From: a virus
IMG/VR virus record: IMGVR_UViG_3300030117_005706
Span: 1-64,000 of that record
Length of the DNA: 64,000 nucleotides
Reading direction: 5' to 3' (one strand)
Both the position numbers and the translations under genes were made by a program. Below, one piece after another: positions 39,858 through 49,021 of the stretch (positions are counted from its first letter, which is position 1; each line of letters opens with the position of its first letter). The notes beneath the pieces are model-generated. The model saw only the letters and a program-made list of their open reading frames with translations. It was not told the origin of the DNA and ran no database searches.

Positions 39858-40057
39858 TCAATCGGATATGTAAATTCCCAAGTGTTTGCAGTCAACTCTT
39901 GCAACTCTTTGACAGCGCCCAGTAACATGGTCACTGTCTTGTTGTCACGTTCATACAAATCATTCACCTCGTGGAGTAAGTCCTTGACCTGCTCACGTAG
40001 CGATTCGTTGTCTCGTTCCAATTGTTCAATTCTGTCTTCAATGTATTCTTTGCTCAT
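39854..40057 (-). CDS. Small coiled-coil protein
   Basis: IEQLERDNESLREQVKDL heptads. Confidence 0.55.
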   Translation of the reverse strand: MSKEYIEDRIEQLERDNESLREQVKDLLHEVNDLYERDNKTVTMLLGAVKELQELTANTWEFTYPIE

Positions 40058-40061
40058 GCTT

Positions 40062-40289
40062 TCACTCTCCTTCTTTATTCCATTCATCAAAGCACATCGT
40101 TCTGAAATCGATGCCCCACCGACTACCTAGATAGTCGGCGAGGTCGAGTATATTTAAAAAGTTGAATTGACAGTCACTGTCAAATTTGGCTTGCTCGACC
40201 AACAACCTCATATTATTCTCAGTATCGTTTGCTAACATGCTCAATAGCATTTCTCTCTCATTTGTTTTCATCCGTTTAAACAGTTTCAT
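40062..40289 (-). CDS. Hypothetical protein
   Basis: Coupled ORF starting MKLFKRMK. Confidence 0.5.
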   Translation of the reverse strand: MKLFKRMKTNEREMLLSMLANDTENNMRLLVEQAKFDSDCQFNFLNILDLADYLGSRWGIDFRTMCFDEWNKEGE

Positions 40290-40522
40290 TCTTTCATCTC
40301 CTTTTGAAATACGATGGCACACGGTGTGGGCCATCCCTTCTTGGCAGTGACCATCAGGCCAATCTCCCTGTTATTATTCTTGCCCCATTCAAGGAGCATC
40401 TTATGCATCTTTCGTGCAGTCGATTGTTTGCCGTCGTCGGGAATGAACTGCATTAGTCCGCCGTCGACGATGTCCTTGTGGACGATGATTGAGCCGTGCT
40501 CGCTAAAGTCAACGATGCTCAC
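40286..40522 (-). CDS. Hypothetical protein
   Basis: GGAGGTGA SD, GTG start overlapping the upstream stop. Confidence 0.5.
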   Translation of the reverse strand: MSIVDFSEHGSIIVHKDIVDGGLMQFIPDDGKQSTARKMHKMLLEWGKNNNREIGLMVTAKKGWPTPCAIVFQKEMKE

Positions 40523-41103
40523 GCTGTCACCTCCACGCCTCGCCACCAGTCGGGAGCAGGTGTACCTTTCTCCCACTTAGCGAACTGCTTGGAATGGTAG
40601 TAGCGACGGTAGGCTTCAACTGCTATTTGATGTGAAGCATGAGTGAGTCTTTTGTCGGCATAGTCGTCAGGGTACATGATACCTCTATGCTCGCTAAACC
40701 ACATGGGTCTGAACTCATCAGGCATAGCCAATGCGAATGGTGTAGGGTCACCCGGAGGTATGAGGGCGATAATCATTCCACGCATACGACCTATTGCATC
40801 ATGGCAAGCGTGTACTTTACCGAACCGCTTGCTGTACTCACGACACAACTCGTCGCCGTACTGGGCGAGCCAAGAGTAATTGCTACGAGTGTCGCCCGCC
40901 CATACTGTACATGGGTGGTGAGCGTAGCCACCTTTGTAGGGTGTGCCACTCTTGGTCAGTGGCATTTGCTGGTCAGTCGCACCGTGTCGGCGCAGGGCTG
41001 ATGCCATCATTTGTGCTGCTTCGACACACATCTTAGGAACGTGCTTGTCGCAGTGCATTCGTGCTGCTTCTCTTGCGCTTCTGTCTAATACAAATATGTT
41101 CAT
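40519..41103 (-). CDS. Pyrimidine-dimer DNA glycosylase (T4 endonuclease V-like family)
   Basis: MNIFVLD, HCDKHVPKM..EAAQM, HHPCTVW, NYSWL, YRRYY, PDWW. Confidence 0.85.
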   Translation of the reverse strand: MNIFVLDRSAREAARMHCDKHVPKMCVEAAQMMASALRRHGATDQQMPLTKSGTPYKGGYAHHPCTVWAGDTRSNYSWLAQYGDELCREYSKRFGKVHACHDAIGRMRGMIIALIPPGDPTPFALAMPDEFRPMWFSEHRGIMYPDDYADKRLTHASHQIAVEAYRRYYHSKQFAKWEKGTPAPDWWRGVEVTA

Positions 41104-41465
41104 TCGTCCACTTCCATGCGTTCAGCGATGTATTCATCAATGTAAGACTGAGGAGCCTTCGGCTTACCGCTACAGTGAGTGCACCAAAGATTCCTCATCT
41201 GAACACTCTCCCACATATCGGAGCCGATGTTACCCTTGCTGTCAAAGCAAACGAGGAGTCCTTCTTGTCCCTCTTTGTCCAACGACCAGTAAGGGTCACC
41301 GCAACCGCAGTCAGGTTCTAAGAATGAAGACCAACTGTCAGGCTTGAACCACTCGGAGTCGTAAGCCTCAATCGCTTCCAGCCTCAATTCCTCACGGCGA
41401 ATGGCCGTCGCTTGTTCTTGGTCACTCAATGCTGCAAATTTTTTCATGTCTTCCAGTTTCATCAT
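41100..41465 (-). CDS. Hypothetical Cys-containing protein
   Basis: ORF with CGC and CTHC. Confidence 0.5.
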   Translation of the reverse strand: MMKLEDMKKFAALSDQEQATAIRREELRLEAIEAYDSEWFKPDSWSSFLEPDCGCGDPYWSLDKEGQEGLLVCFDSKGNIGSDMWESVQMRNLWCTHCSGKPKAPQSYIDEYIAERMEVDE

Positions 41466-41469
41466 TTTC

Positions 41470-41733
41470 TCATCCCTTTCGTTCAGTTTCCTCAGCGTGT
41501 GCTGTCCACATTGCTTGTAGTATTTCCCAAAAATTGTCATAGCGATGAGCCTGCCAATCTGTTACAATGTCCACGACACCTTGTCGATGGTTCGGGTCAA
41601 GCGCTGACAGTGCGTTCAATGCCTTGCGAAGAAGGGGTAAGCCCTCCCACGCTGCGTGTTCACCTGACGATGCGTTCTTTCCAAATCGTGCTACGTGTAG
41701 GGCTTTGTCCGCCCATTGTTCTTTTGTTATCAT
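41470..41733 (-). CDS. Hypothetical protein, paralog of the next gene
   Basis: MITKEQWADKALHVARFG...GLPLL...VVDIVTDW. Confidence 0.6.
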   Translation of the reverse strand: MITKEQWADKALHVARFGKNASSGEHAAWEGLPLLRKALNALSALDPNHRQGVVDIVTDWQAHRYDNFWEILQAMWTAHAEETERKG

Positions 41734-41734
41734 T

Positions 41735-42088
41735 TTATTCACTCCTGTCTTTTCGTAATGTGTCTGCATACTGTAATGACCAACCACACGGGAAGTCCTT
41801 ACGGTATGAATCACCTTGTATGGCTTTCTTCTCCTCGTAATATGCTCGAAATATCGCTCCGTTTGTTTCCCATAATCTCTTTGGAAGGCCCGAACCATTC
41901 GCCCATTCAATTACGATGTCAGAAACAGCCGCCCGACCTTCTGAGTCGAGGTCATTGAGTTGTGCAAGTGAGTCATATAACATGGGTAGTCCGAAGAACG
42001 ATGCGCGATGCCCATCTGATTTGTTCGTATTCACTCCATGTCGTGCTACGTGTCGGGCGTCGTCCATCCATTTTTCTTTCATTGTCAT
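41735..42088 (-). CDS. Hypothetical protein, paralog of the previous gene
   Basis: MTMKEKWMDDARHVARHG...GLPML...VSDIVIEW. Confidence 0.6.
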   Translation of the reverse strand: MTMKEKWMDDARHVARHGVNTNKSDGHRASFFGLPMLYDSLAQLNDLDSEGRAAVSDIVIEWANGSGLPKRLWETNGAIFRAYYEEKKAIQGDSYRKDFPCGWSLQYADTLRKDRSE

Positions 42089-42089
42089 T

Positions 42090-42350
42090 CTATTCACTTC
42101 CTGTAACAACCATCACAATCTTTCCTTTGTTGTGTTGGTCAATCGTCCACATGCTCAGTTCAGTGTCTGTCATGTGCGCTCGGTTCTGTTCGTCGTTGCA
42201 GTTCATGCACCAGTCAACATCCTCTTTGGCAAGGTCCTCGTGTTGCCACATCGGTTTGCCACAGTTCTCACAGGGCTGACTCTCGTCGCCCTCTTCGATA
42301 ATCAATGCTCGTAGTTTCAATCCCCACATCGGGACAACTTCAACTCTCAT
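42090..42350 (-). CDS. Zn-finger protein
   Basis: CENC...CMNC. Confidence 0.55.
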   Translation of the reverse strand: MRVEVVPMWGLKLRALIIEEGDESQPCENCGKPMWQHEDLAKEDVDWCMNCNDEQNRAHMTDTELSMWTIDQHNKGKIVMVVTGSE

Positions 42351-42595
42351 TCTTTCACCTCGTCAATCGAGTTCATGATAGCCTGAGCCAACGAGTACGC
42401 ATCCTCTTTGCTCATCCGAACACCTTGCTTTGTCCAACCTGCTCCCGAAGGATGGTCGGCAATGCGACGTACACGGATGTCCATGCGATAGTCGTCAGGC
42501 TCGTGTTCATTGGTCACCGTGCTGAGTACAACCTCAGCCTGACCTTTCCATTTTCGTTCTGTACATGGCCTTCGCCATTGAATCGTTTGTGTCAT
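42347..42595 (-). CDS. PC4/YdbC-like ssDNA-binding protein
   Basis: MDIRVR...GWTKQGVRMS pattern. Confidence 0.6.
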   Translation of the reverse strand: MTQTIQWRRPCTERKWKGQAEVVLSTVTNEHEPDDYRMDIRVRRIADHPSGAGWTKQGVRMSKEDAYSLAQAIMNSIDEVKE

Positions 42596-42606
42596 TCTTC
42601 ATACCT

Positions 42607-43359
42607 CTAAATCCAACTTGCTTTGAACATGACCAAGTTTTTCGATTGATGATAATTGTAAATCTTCGTAAGCATCTTACCATAATTTGATGGGTTGCTT
42701 GATGTAATGACTGATACCCCATGCTCCTGTCCTAACTTCTTCATCATCCGAGCGTGGTCGTAATCATCATGAAAGGCCACATCAGTGTAGGCATGAATAA
42801 ACCTCGCACTATGTGCGTAAGGTAAGTATTGAACTATTTCATCCAAATACGAAACGAACTTGTCGCCTCTTTCCATGTCAGTTGGTCGCCATTTACCTTT
42901 CTTGAAAGCATCTCCACCATACGGTTTACCGTATATCTTAGCAAGCGAAGAGTAAGTCAATTTTTTGCCGTGAGTTACCTTTCTGTCACGTAGTTTACTG
43001 TACGCATTACTGATGACAGGGTCTGAATGTGATGCAAAGAAGTCAACGAAGTTTTCCATGGTCCAATTGACTTGAATAGTATTCAACTCGACTATCGCAT
43101 TCATTGCATCCCAACTGATACTTATCGCTGGCATGTCCAAACCTAACTCACACGCAGCAGTCCACCGGTGTTGTCCGTCTATCAGTAGACACTCGTTTTC
43201 AGTTTCGTAGACGGTCAATGCTGAAAGCACCCCATAATTGCTCATGCTCTCTTTCAATTTGTTCACAAGTGATTTGTTTACTGGTCTGTTGTATTCCAAC
43301 AATTTCACTTTCTTCTTGTCTTTGTTTTTCAATGTTACAATTTTTACTTTCTTGTTCAT
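42607..43359 (-). CDS. ParB/Srx-like domain protein
   Basis: NRPV...LKESM...LIDGQHRWTA; AT-rich gene. Confidence 0.75.
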   Translation of the reverse strand: MNKKVKIVTLKNKDKKKVKLLEYNRPVNKSLVNKLKESMSNYGVLSALTVYETENECLLIDGQHRWTAACELGLDMPAISISWDAMNAIVELNTIQVNWTMENFVDFFASHSDPVISNAYSKLRDRKVTHGKKLTYSSLAKIYGKPYGGDAFKKGKWRPTDMERGDKFVSYLDEIVQYLPYAHSARFIHAYTDVAFHDDYDHARMMKKLGQEHGVSVITSSNPSNYGKMLTKIYNYHQSKNLVMFKASWI

Positions 43360-43372
43360 TCTTCATTCCTCC

Positions 43373-45127
43373 TCAGAAATGCTCACTCTTGAGCGTCTCG
43401 ATAGCACACGCTCGACAGTATCGGTTGCCTGCATACATGCCCTCCAATTGAATGTAGAGTCGAGTTCGTTCTGCACCACAGTCGGTACAGCACTCGACAT
43501 TGAACAAGCCCTTGTCAATCGCTTGGTTGAATGTCAAAGCCTTGCGCTTGTTCCACGCTGCGATGCGTCGTTCCTCAGCCTTTGCCTTTCGTTCCTTTGA
43601 CTCTCTTGCAATCTTTTGCCTGAATGTTTCTTCTGTCATGTTCATTCCTCCATTCCGTAAGGTCTGTAGTCAAAGTACAAGTAAGCAATTGCTTCCGCTA
43701 CGCTTTCGGGTGACATCCAATGATGACCGCCGAAACCAACACGTACATTGCATCCACTCGTGTCTTCCCATGCCTTCTCCAATCCTAAACCACAAGCGTG
43801 CTTACACGCTTTGTCGGCTTCTTCAAAACTACTTTGTTTCTTCCATACTGCTATATTCCATTCACCATTTCTACTTGTCATATTCATTCCTCCTCTCGTA
43901 GTGCAAAGCAATGTGAGCAAGCCATCGTGCCGTCCACATCATACTCCTCGACGCTGTCGACAATCTTGCCACACACGTCGCATTCGTACGCTGCGTTCGC
44001 TCGGTCTTCCCACACCTGTGCGTCCATCTTTTCGTACCAGTCGTACATGTTCATTCCTCCTCGTCTATTAGTGTGCATCGGTTCGGCAGTATGACACGTG
44101 GACCTGCGTCAGTCAGTTTGTGAAAGACCTCGTAGCCACGCGTCGTCTTGCGTACCATGTAACCTACATGTGCACCCGGAACTCGGTGAGCAAATGTGAC
44201 TTGCCACCAGTGTTCGTTGACGTATTCTAAATCCAAGTATGAGTTCTGACCTACAGTCAGTCGAGTCATTCCAACTCGCCTCCGTTCTCGATGATGTCAA
44301 ACTCGCCCGGTGCGTCAGGGTAGTGCTCGTCCAAGAACTGAAACACTCGCAAGGACAATCCTTGAAAGTGCTTCTTCTGATTCTCCAGTTGTTCAACTTT
44401 TGATTTGACATACTCAAGTATGCTCGTCAAGTTTGTCAGTTCATTGACATGTGCTATGCGGTTGGCTGAGTCAACCAACTCTTGTACTGTCTGATATTGC
44501 AATGGTCGTTCGTTCATTCGTTCAACTCCTCGTATCGGTTCTCGCACCATTCGATGATAGCGTCGGCCATCGTGAACTCTATCTCGCACCACACCTCTTG
44601 GATGACCTCGTTCGCAACAGAGTTCAAATCCTCAATCGACAAGTACAGCGCCAATTTGTTTTTCAATTTCTTGACGCCACTGTCGTGGTTCAGCCAGTCG
44701 CTCACCCAGTCGAGTGTCTCTTCTTGTATCTTTTCTAATCCTTCTTCGTTCATTGTTTATTCCTCCCAGTTGATGTAGTCATCCCAATCATCCCTGATGA
44801 TTGACCACATGTTCAGTTGTACCTTTCCCTCCACCCCGTCGCTTCGACGTAGCGTGAAGTATACTTCTTGGCCTTGCCAATCAATGTCTTGTATTCTAAA
44901 ATCCATCTTCATTCCTCCTGTTCTGCTAATTCGTTAATCCATATTCGCTGTTGAGCGCAACTGGCACCATACGTAATCTCGTATCGTTCGTAGAAATCAT
45001 CAGCCACTTCCCAACCACAGACATCAACCAGCATTTCTACTGACTGCCTGTCCCATTCATCCATACCTGCCTGTGCTACAAAGCACGCAAGTCTTGTCAT
45101 TTTCTTGTAATCCCAACTCATGTTCAT
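43373..45127 (-). CDS. Run of eight small coupled genes (43373-43645, 43642-43887, 43884-44054, 44051-44269, 44266-44517, 44514-44753, 44757-44906, 44909-45127), several with CxxC
   Basis: Abutting or overlapping ORFs, most joined by the GGAGGAATGAAYATG junction. Confidence 0.6.
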
Positions 45128-45810
45128 TCCTCCTCTTCGTTCCATTCGTAAATCGCAGGCCGACCACGCAAGTGAATCGGCAGTCGCTCACCGCTGATAC
45201 CACAGACGGAACCAAGGACAACCATGCGCCCTAGTTCTTCGTCTCGTGCATCAACAATCTCAGCCGCCTCAGGTGGATGCACCACCCGATAGGTCACAAC
45301 CTCAGTGCGATAGTTTTCCAAGAAGTCTGTGCCAACAAGCAACTCAAAGTCACGTGGTGGCAACAGAATCTGATGCTCGCACACTGAGCATGGTACCTCG
45401 ACGCCCCAGTCCTCGTAGGACAACACCTTCCCTTCATCGTCCGTGCCCTCTTGCTCACCCAAGAACCGCCAAGATGCTTGGTCAAATCCGTAGGCTGCAA
45501 TCGGTAGCGAACACTCAGGGTTCGGGCATTGCATTGACTCCAGTTGTTGTTGCTTGAGTCCCAGTGAGAACTCAAATTGTTCATCAGGGTCGCCAATCAC
45601 ACGGGCTTCTGATTCGTCAAGGACCCATCCCCTCTTTTCAACCTCACCCTTGATGACGCCGTGCACCTTCGCAGCATCCATTGAATTGAATGTCGCAAGC
45701 AGTTTCAGTTCGTCACCTTCACCTTTCATGTAAACAAGACCTTGTCCGGTCAAGTCCCACACTTGGTATGGCTGTAGTTTATTCAAAATCTCGTTCAGTT
45801 CGTTCTCCAT
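45124..45810 (-). CDS. Hypothetical acidic Zn-ribbon protein
   Basis: 228 aa; CPNPEC, CSVC. Confidence 0.6.
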   Translation of the reverse strand: MENELNEILNKLQPYQVWDLTGQGLVYMKGEGDELKLLATFNSMDAAKVHGVIKGEVEKRGWVLDESEARVIGDPDEQFEFSLGLKQQQLESMQCPNPECSLPIAAYGFDQASWRFLGEQEGTDDEGKVLSYEDWGVEVPCSVCEHQILLPPRDFELLVGTDFLENYRTEVVTYRVVHPPEAAEIVDARDEELGRMVVLGSVCGISGERLPIHLRGRPAIYEWNEEEE

Positions 45811-46120
45811 TTTCTTCCCTCTTCTCCTTCAAAAATTCCTCAGTCGTCCAAATGACTCTGTCGCAGCAGCACAATACGAGCAACCTGTATTGGTTCGTTG
45901 CAAAGATGAGTGTGTCACCGACGGTTCGCTCACCGCACCGTGGGCAGTCACCGATGGGAACATGGGCACTGAGGATAATCTCCTCGTGCTCAGTCTTCCC
46001 GCTGTAGGTAACCATCGCAGGTATGGCAATCGGGTGTCCAAGCAGTGAGTATCTCGCCTCACCGTCAGGACAGAAGTAACCGTCGCTGTCAAAGTCTTGT
46101 GCTCGCATTCTGTCTGCCAT
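45779..46120 (-). CDS. Hypothetical Zn-ribbon protein
   Basis: CPRCG...CCC. Confidence 0.55.
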   Translation of the reverse strand: MADRMRAQDFDSDGYFCPDGEARYSLLGHPIAIPAMVTYSGKTEHEEIILSAHVPIGDCPRCGERTVGDTLIFATNQYRLLVLCCCDRVIWTTEEFLKEKREENGERTERDFE

Positions 46121-47685
46121 CAGTAAATGACCTCCGAAATCATAGGGGTTGCTGCAAGCACACCCTCAATGAGTTCGGATGATGTGCCTCGCAGGTTGTC
46201 AGGCGCAATCACGCTGTTACCGCTGTCGACCATCCACGCCGATTGGACTTGGTCAGCAACACCACGTAGCATCTTGTGTGCTGCGTGCAGTCGCTTGTCC
46301 ATTTGATTGAATCCAAGTTTCTTGCCCTCAAGTGGCTTGTTCTTGTACTGGTCATTGTCTTGATACACAGGCTTGTGTGTAATCGCACCAGTCATCACAT
46401 TGTAAACGTGGTACAGGGTGTTCTTGTCCTCTTCTTGGACACGCACCCAGTGGTTCGCAGGCTTCGTCCATCCGTCCATGGCGACTCGCCACATGTGACC
46501 ACCAGTGAGGTGGCTGATGTTGGCATTGTCGTCACGGTGAACACGTGGCTTGGTGATGAGGTCATGCTTCTCACACAGGGTGAGGAGTTTCTCAAACGAC
46601 TCAGCGCTGACTTCGATGTTTCGCATCGCTTCAACCTCAGCCAGTTCCATCATCGCTTCACGGATGACTGCATCAATCTTGGATGCAAGACCTTGGAAGT
46701 CGAAGTTGCCCATCACACCCTCAGTGTGTTTGAGACTGAACAGCGTCTGTTGCTTGCCCAAGACCATACCGTTGGTGCAGGCAAGTCGCATGGCAATCGC
46801 ATTGACCTTGTAGGCCGATGACCCGTCAAGGCTGTTGTGCACTGAGAAGCCGATGCGGTAATCACCTTGCTTCAAGAAGCCGTGGTTTTGCCACTTTTGC
46901 CCAAGGTGAGTTTTGCCGTAGTCGTCCCAGTTGACACTGCTCGATACGTCACAGTCAAGCCGTGCCTTCTTGCCCTCTTCGTAAGCGAAGACCTTGGCAT
47001 TCCATCCGTTCTTCGCAGCCAGTTCCAAGATAGGGCGGAAGCCCTTGGCGTATGGCATGGCGTAGTACGACGGACTGAATGTCCCAAGGTGAGCACCCGC
47101 AGGGCGAGCCTCAGACTTGTAGTTCGGGTTGAAGACGTGCTTGACCACTGGCTTGCCATCAAGGTTGTTGATGCGTGCCACTCGACCCATGTTGGACTCG
47201 ACATCGTCAAAGACAATGTGACCCATCTTCTCGACTGGGATGAAGTCCCAGTCAGCCGTAGCCTTGTTCTTGCGTCCACCGCTGTACAGCATGTCGTCGA
47301 AGGGACCGACCTCAGCGACGAGAACCTCGCCGTTGTCTGAGACAGACACCTCAACTTCACCCGCTTCAAAGGCAGGTACTTCGTCTTGCACTTCTTCTTG
47401 TGGCTCGATGGTGATGGTGCTCATGTCCTCACCATGCTCAAGCGCACCGGCTATCGCAATGTCGTTCGCCGTTACAATGTACGGGGCGCCGTCGCCAGTC
47501 AGTTCACCTGCGCTGTCTGATACCATCAAGGCGACTCGTCCGTCGCCAAGTATCTCATAGCGCTCTAAGTCACCCATTGGGATGGTTACCGTTTTCAATC
47601 CAGCCACTGACGGGTACTCAATGGTAAACCCGTTCGGACCGCTTTCTGTCACTTTTCCTATTACAGTTGTTCCTGTCATATTCAT
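46120..47685 (-). CDS. DUF932/DUF945-family protein
   Basis: NSLDGSS...MRLACTNGMV...KHT...TLYHVYN signature. Confidence 0.8.
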   Translation of the reverse strand: MNMTGTTVIGKVTESGPNGFTIEYPSVAGLKTVTIPMGDLERYEILGDGRVALMVSDSAGELTGDGAPYIVTANDIAIAGALEHGEDMSTITIEPQEEVQDEVPAFEAGEVEVSVSDNGEVLVAEVGPFDDMLYSGGRKNKATADWDFIPVEKMGHIVFDDVESNMGRVARINNLDGKPVVKHVFNPNYKSEARPAGAHLGTFSPSYYAMPYAKGFRPILELAAKNGWNAKVFAYEEGKKARLDCDVSSSVNWDDYGKTHLGQKWQNHGFLKQGDYRIGFSVHNSLDGSSAYKVNAIAMRLACTNGMVLGKQQTLFSLKHTEGVMGNFDFQGLASKIDAVIREAMMELAEVEAMRNIEVSAESFEKLLTLCEKHDLITKPRVHRDDNANISHLTGGHMWRVAMDGWTKPANHWVRVQEEDKNTLYHVYNVMTGAITHKPVYQDNDQYKNKPLEGKKLGFNQMDKRLHAAHKMLRGVADQVQSAWMVDSGNSVIAPDNLRGTSSELIEGVLAATPMISEVIY

Positions 47686-47778
47686 TCCTCTTTTTTGTTC
47701 TATTTCAATTGTTTGTTTCAATCGCCTCGATTAGTCCCCTAAATTTTGGGGAAGTTGGCAGTCCTATCTTTCTTACTT

Positions 47779-47790
47779 CTTTAAATAGGG
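47779..47790 (-). promoter_or_regulatory. Viral TATA-like promoter CCCTATTTAAAG
   Basis: Repeat copy upstream of the DUF932 gene; leader hairpin at 47735-47752. Confidence 0.7.
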
Positions 47791-47814
47791 CAGCCCAAAA
47801 TCGATGGACTCGTA

Positions 47815-48225
47815 TTATTCTTCTCCCACCTGCTTGAAGAGTTTGCTCTTGTCGTATTCCTCAAACGGCTTGAGCACATCCTTGTGGTTTACTGTGCTGT
47901 ATTCTGATTCGCTCGGCTGGGTGATTTCGTCAGGGGTATCGACCTTTTCTTCGTGTTCAAGGTCAGCCAAGTCGATGCCCAAGTTGTGAGCATCGTTGTG
48001 TACAATCTCTGCTGACAAATCCCTTGTGACCGTAAGCCACTCCGCACCACAGTTGGTACAGAACAGGCGAACCTTGTCCACTCTTGAGAACGTGTCCTCA
48101 ACTGTGAACTGCCATGTGTGCCCTTCTCTCATGCACTGCTTGAGGTCTGACATCAGTGTCAGTTTCTTCTCCAAGTCCCGTGCCTCTTGTGCTAATTCGT
48201 CAATGTGTTCGTCTATTGTTTTCAT
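47815..48225 (-). CDS. Hypothetical Zn-binding protein
   Basis: C....H...CTNC. Confidence 0.55.
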   Translation of the reverse strand: MKTIDEHIDELAQEARDLEKKLTLMSDLKQCMREGHTWQFTVEDTFSRVDKVRLFCTNCGAEWLTVTRDLSAEIVHNDAHNLGIDLADLEHEEKVDTPDEITQPSESEYSTVNHKDVLKPFEEYDKSKLFKQVGEE

Positions 48226-49019
48226 TCAATCAACTCCTGTATGCGCTTTATGATACTCCACATATCTGTTTTCGTGGTTTCAAACTCATCAAGTATATCT
48301 TGCATTCCACTACGCAACCGCTTGACTTCTGCGAGCAGGAGTGGTGCGTCGGCTATGAGGTTTTTGTCGGCTTCTTGCCATTCAACTGATAAGTTCCCAA
48401 CAGTCCAACACCTATTACTTAGTTGAACAGGTTTCCACGGTGCGGGTGTGTGTCCTTTGTATTTTCTTGTGTCAATCATCCAATCAACCCCAATATCTCA
48501 TCAAATCCCTTAAGTTGCTCAAGAATGTCATACTTGTCTTGTAAGAGCCAGTTCAGTTCTCGCAAGGACTCAAGTTCTTGCTGGTAGTTTCTCACCATTT
48601 CACGCTTCTCCTTGTTTTCTTCACGCAACCGCTTGACTTCTGCGAGTGCCCATAAACAATGTACTCGCTCAATTCTCCCTTCATTCATAGCATTCTCAAA
48701 CTCTTCGTATTTGTCTGTGTCAATCATTCTACTCACTCCTAAACAACCACAAACTGAACAAATCCTCGTCAAGTTTGCTGAACAAATCATCTCTACTGAG
48801 GTCGTGTTCACCAACATGGCGAACCGCAGTTATGAACGCTTCACGCAATCGCTTGACTTCTGCCTCAAGGTTCGCTATCGTTTGTCTTGATGCCCAATCA
48901 AATGTAGGGTGTTCTCCATCAATCACTTCACGCAACCGCTTGACTTCCTCTCGTTCCTTTTGCAATTTTTCATTGAAGCCTTTGATTATGTTTCCAACGC
49001 CTATTGTTTTTTCACTCAT
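48222..49019 (-). CDS. Three related small coiled-coil genes (48222-48479, 48476-48727, 48729-49019) with the AEVKRLR motif
   Basis: Near-identical DNA repeats at 48312, 48623, 48843, 48930; the first gene has the HTPxPW...LIAxAP phage motif. Confidence 0.65.
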
Positions 49020-49021
49020 GT

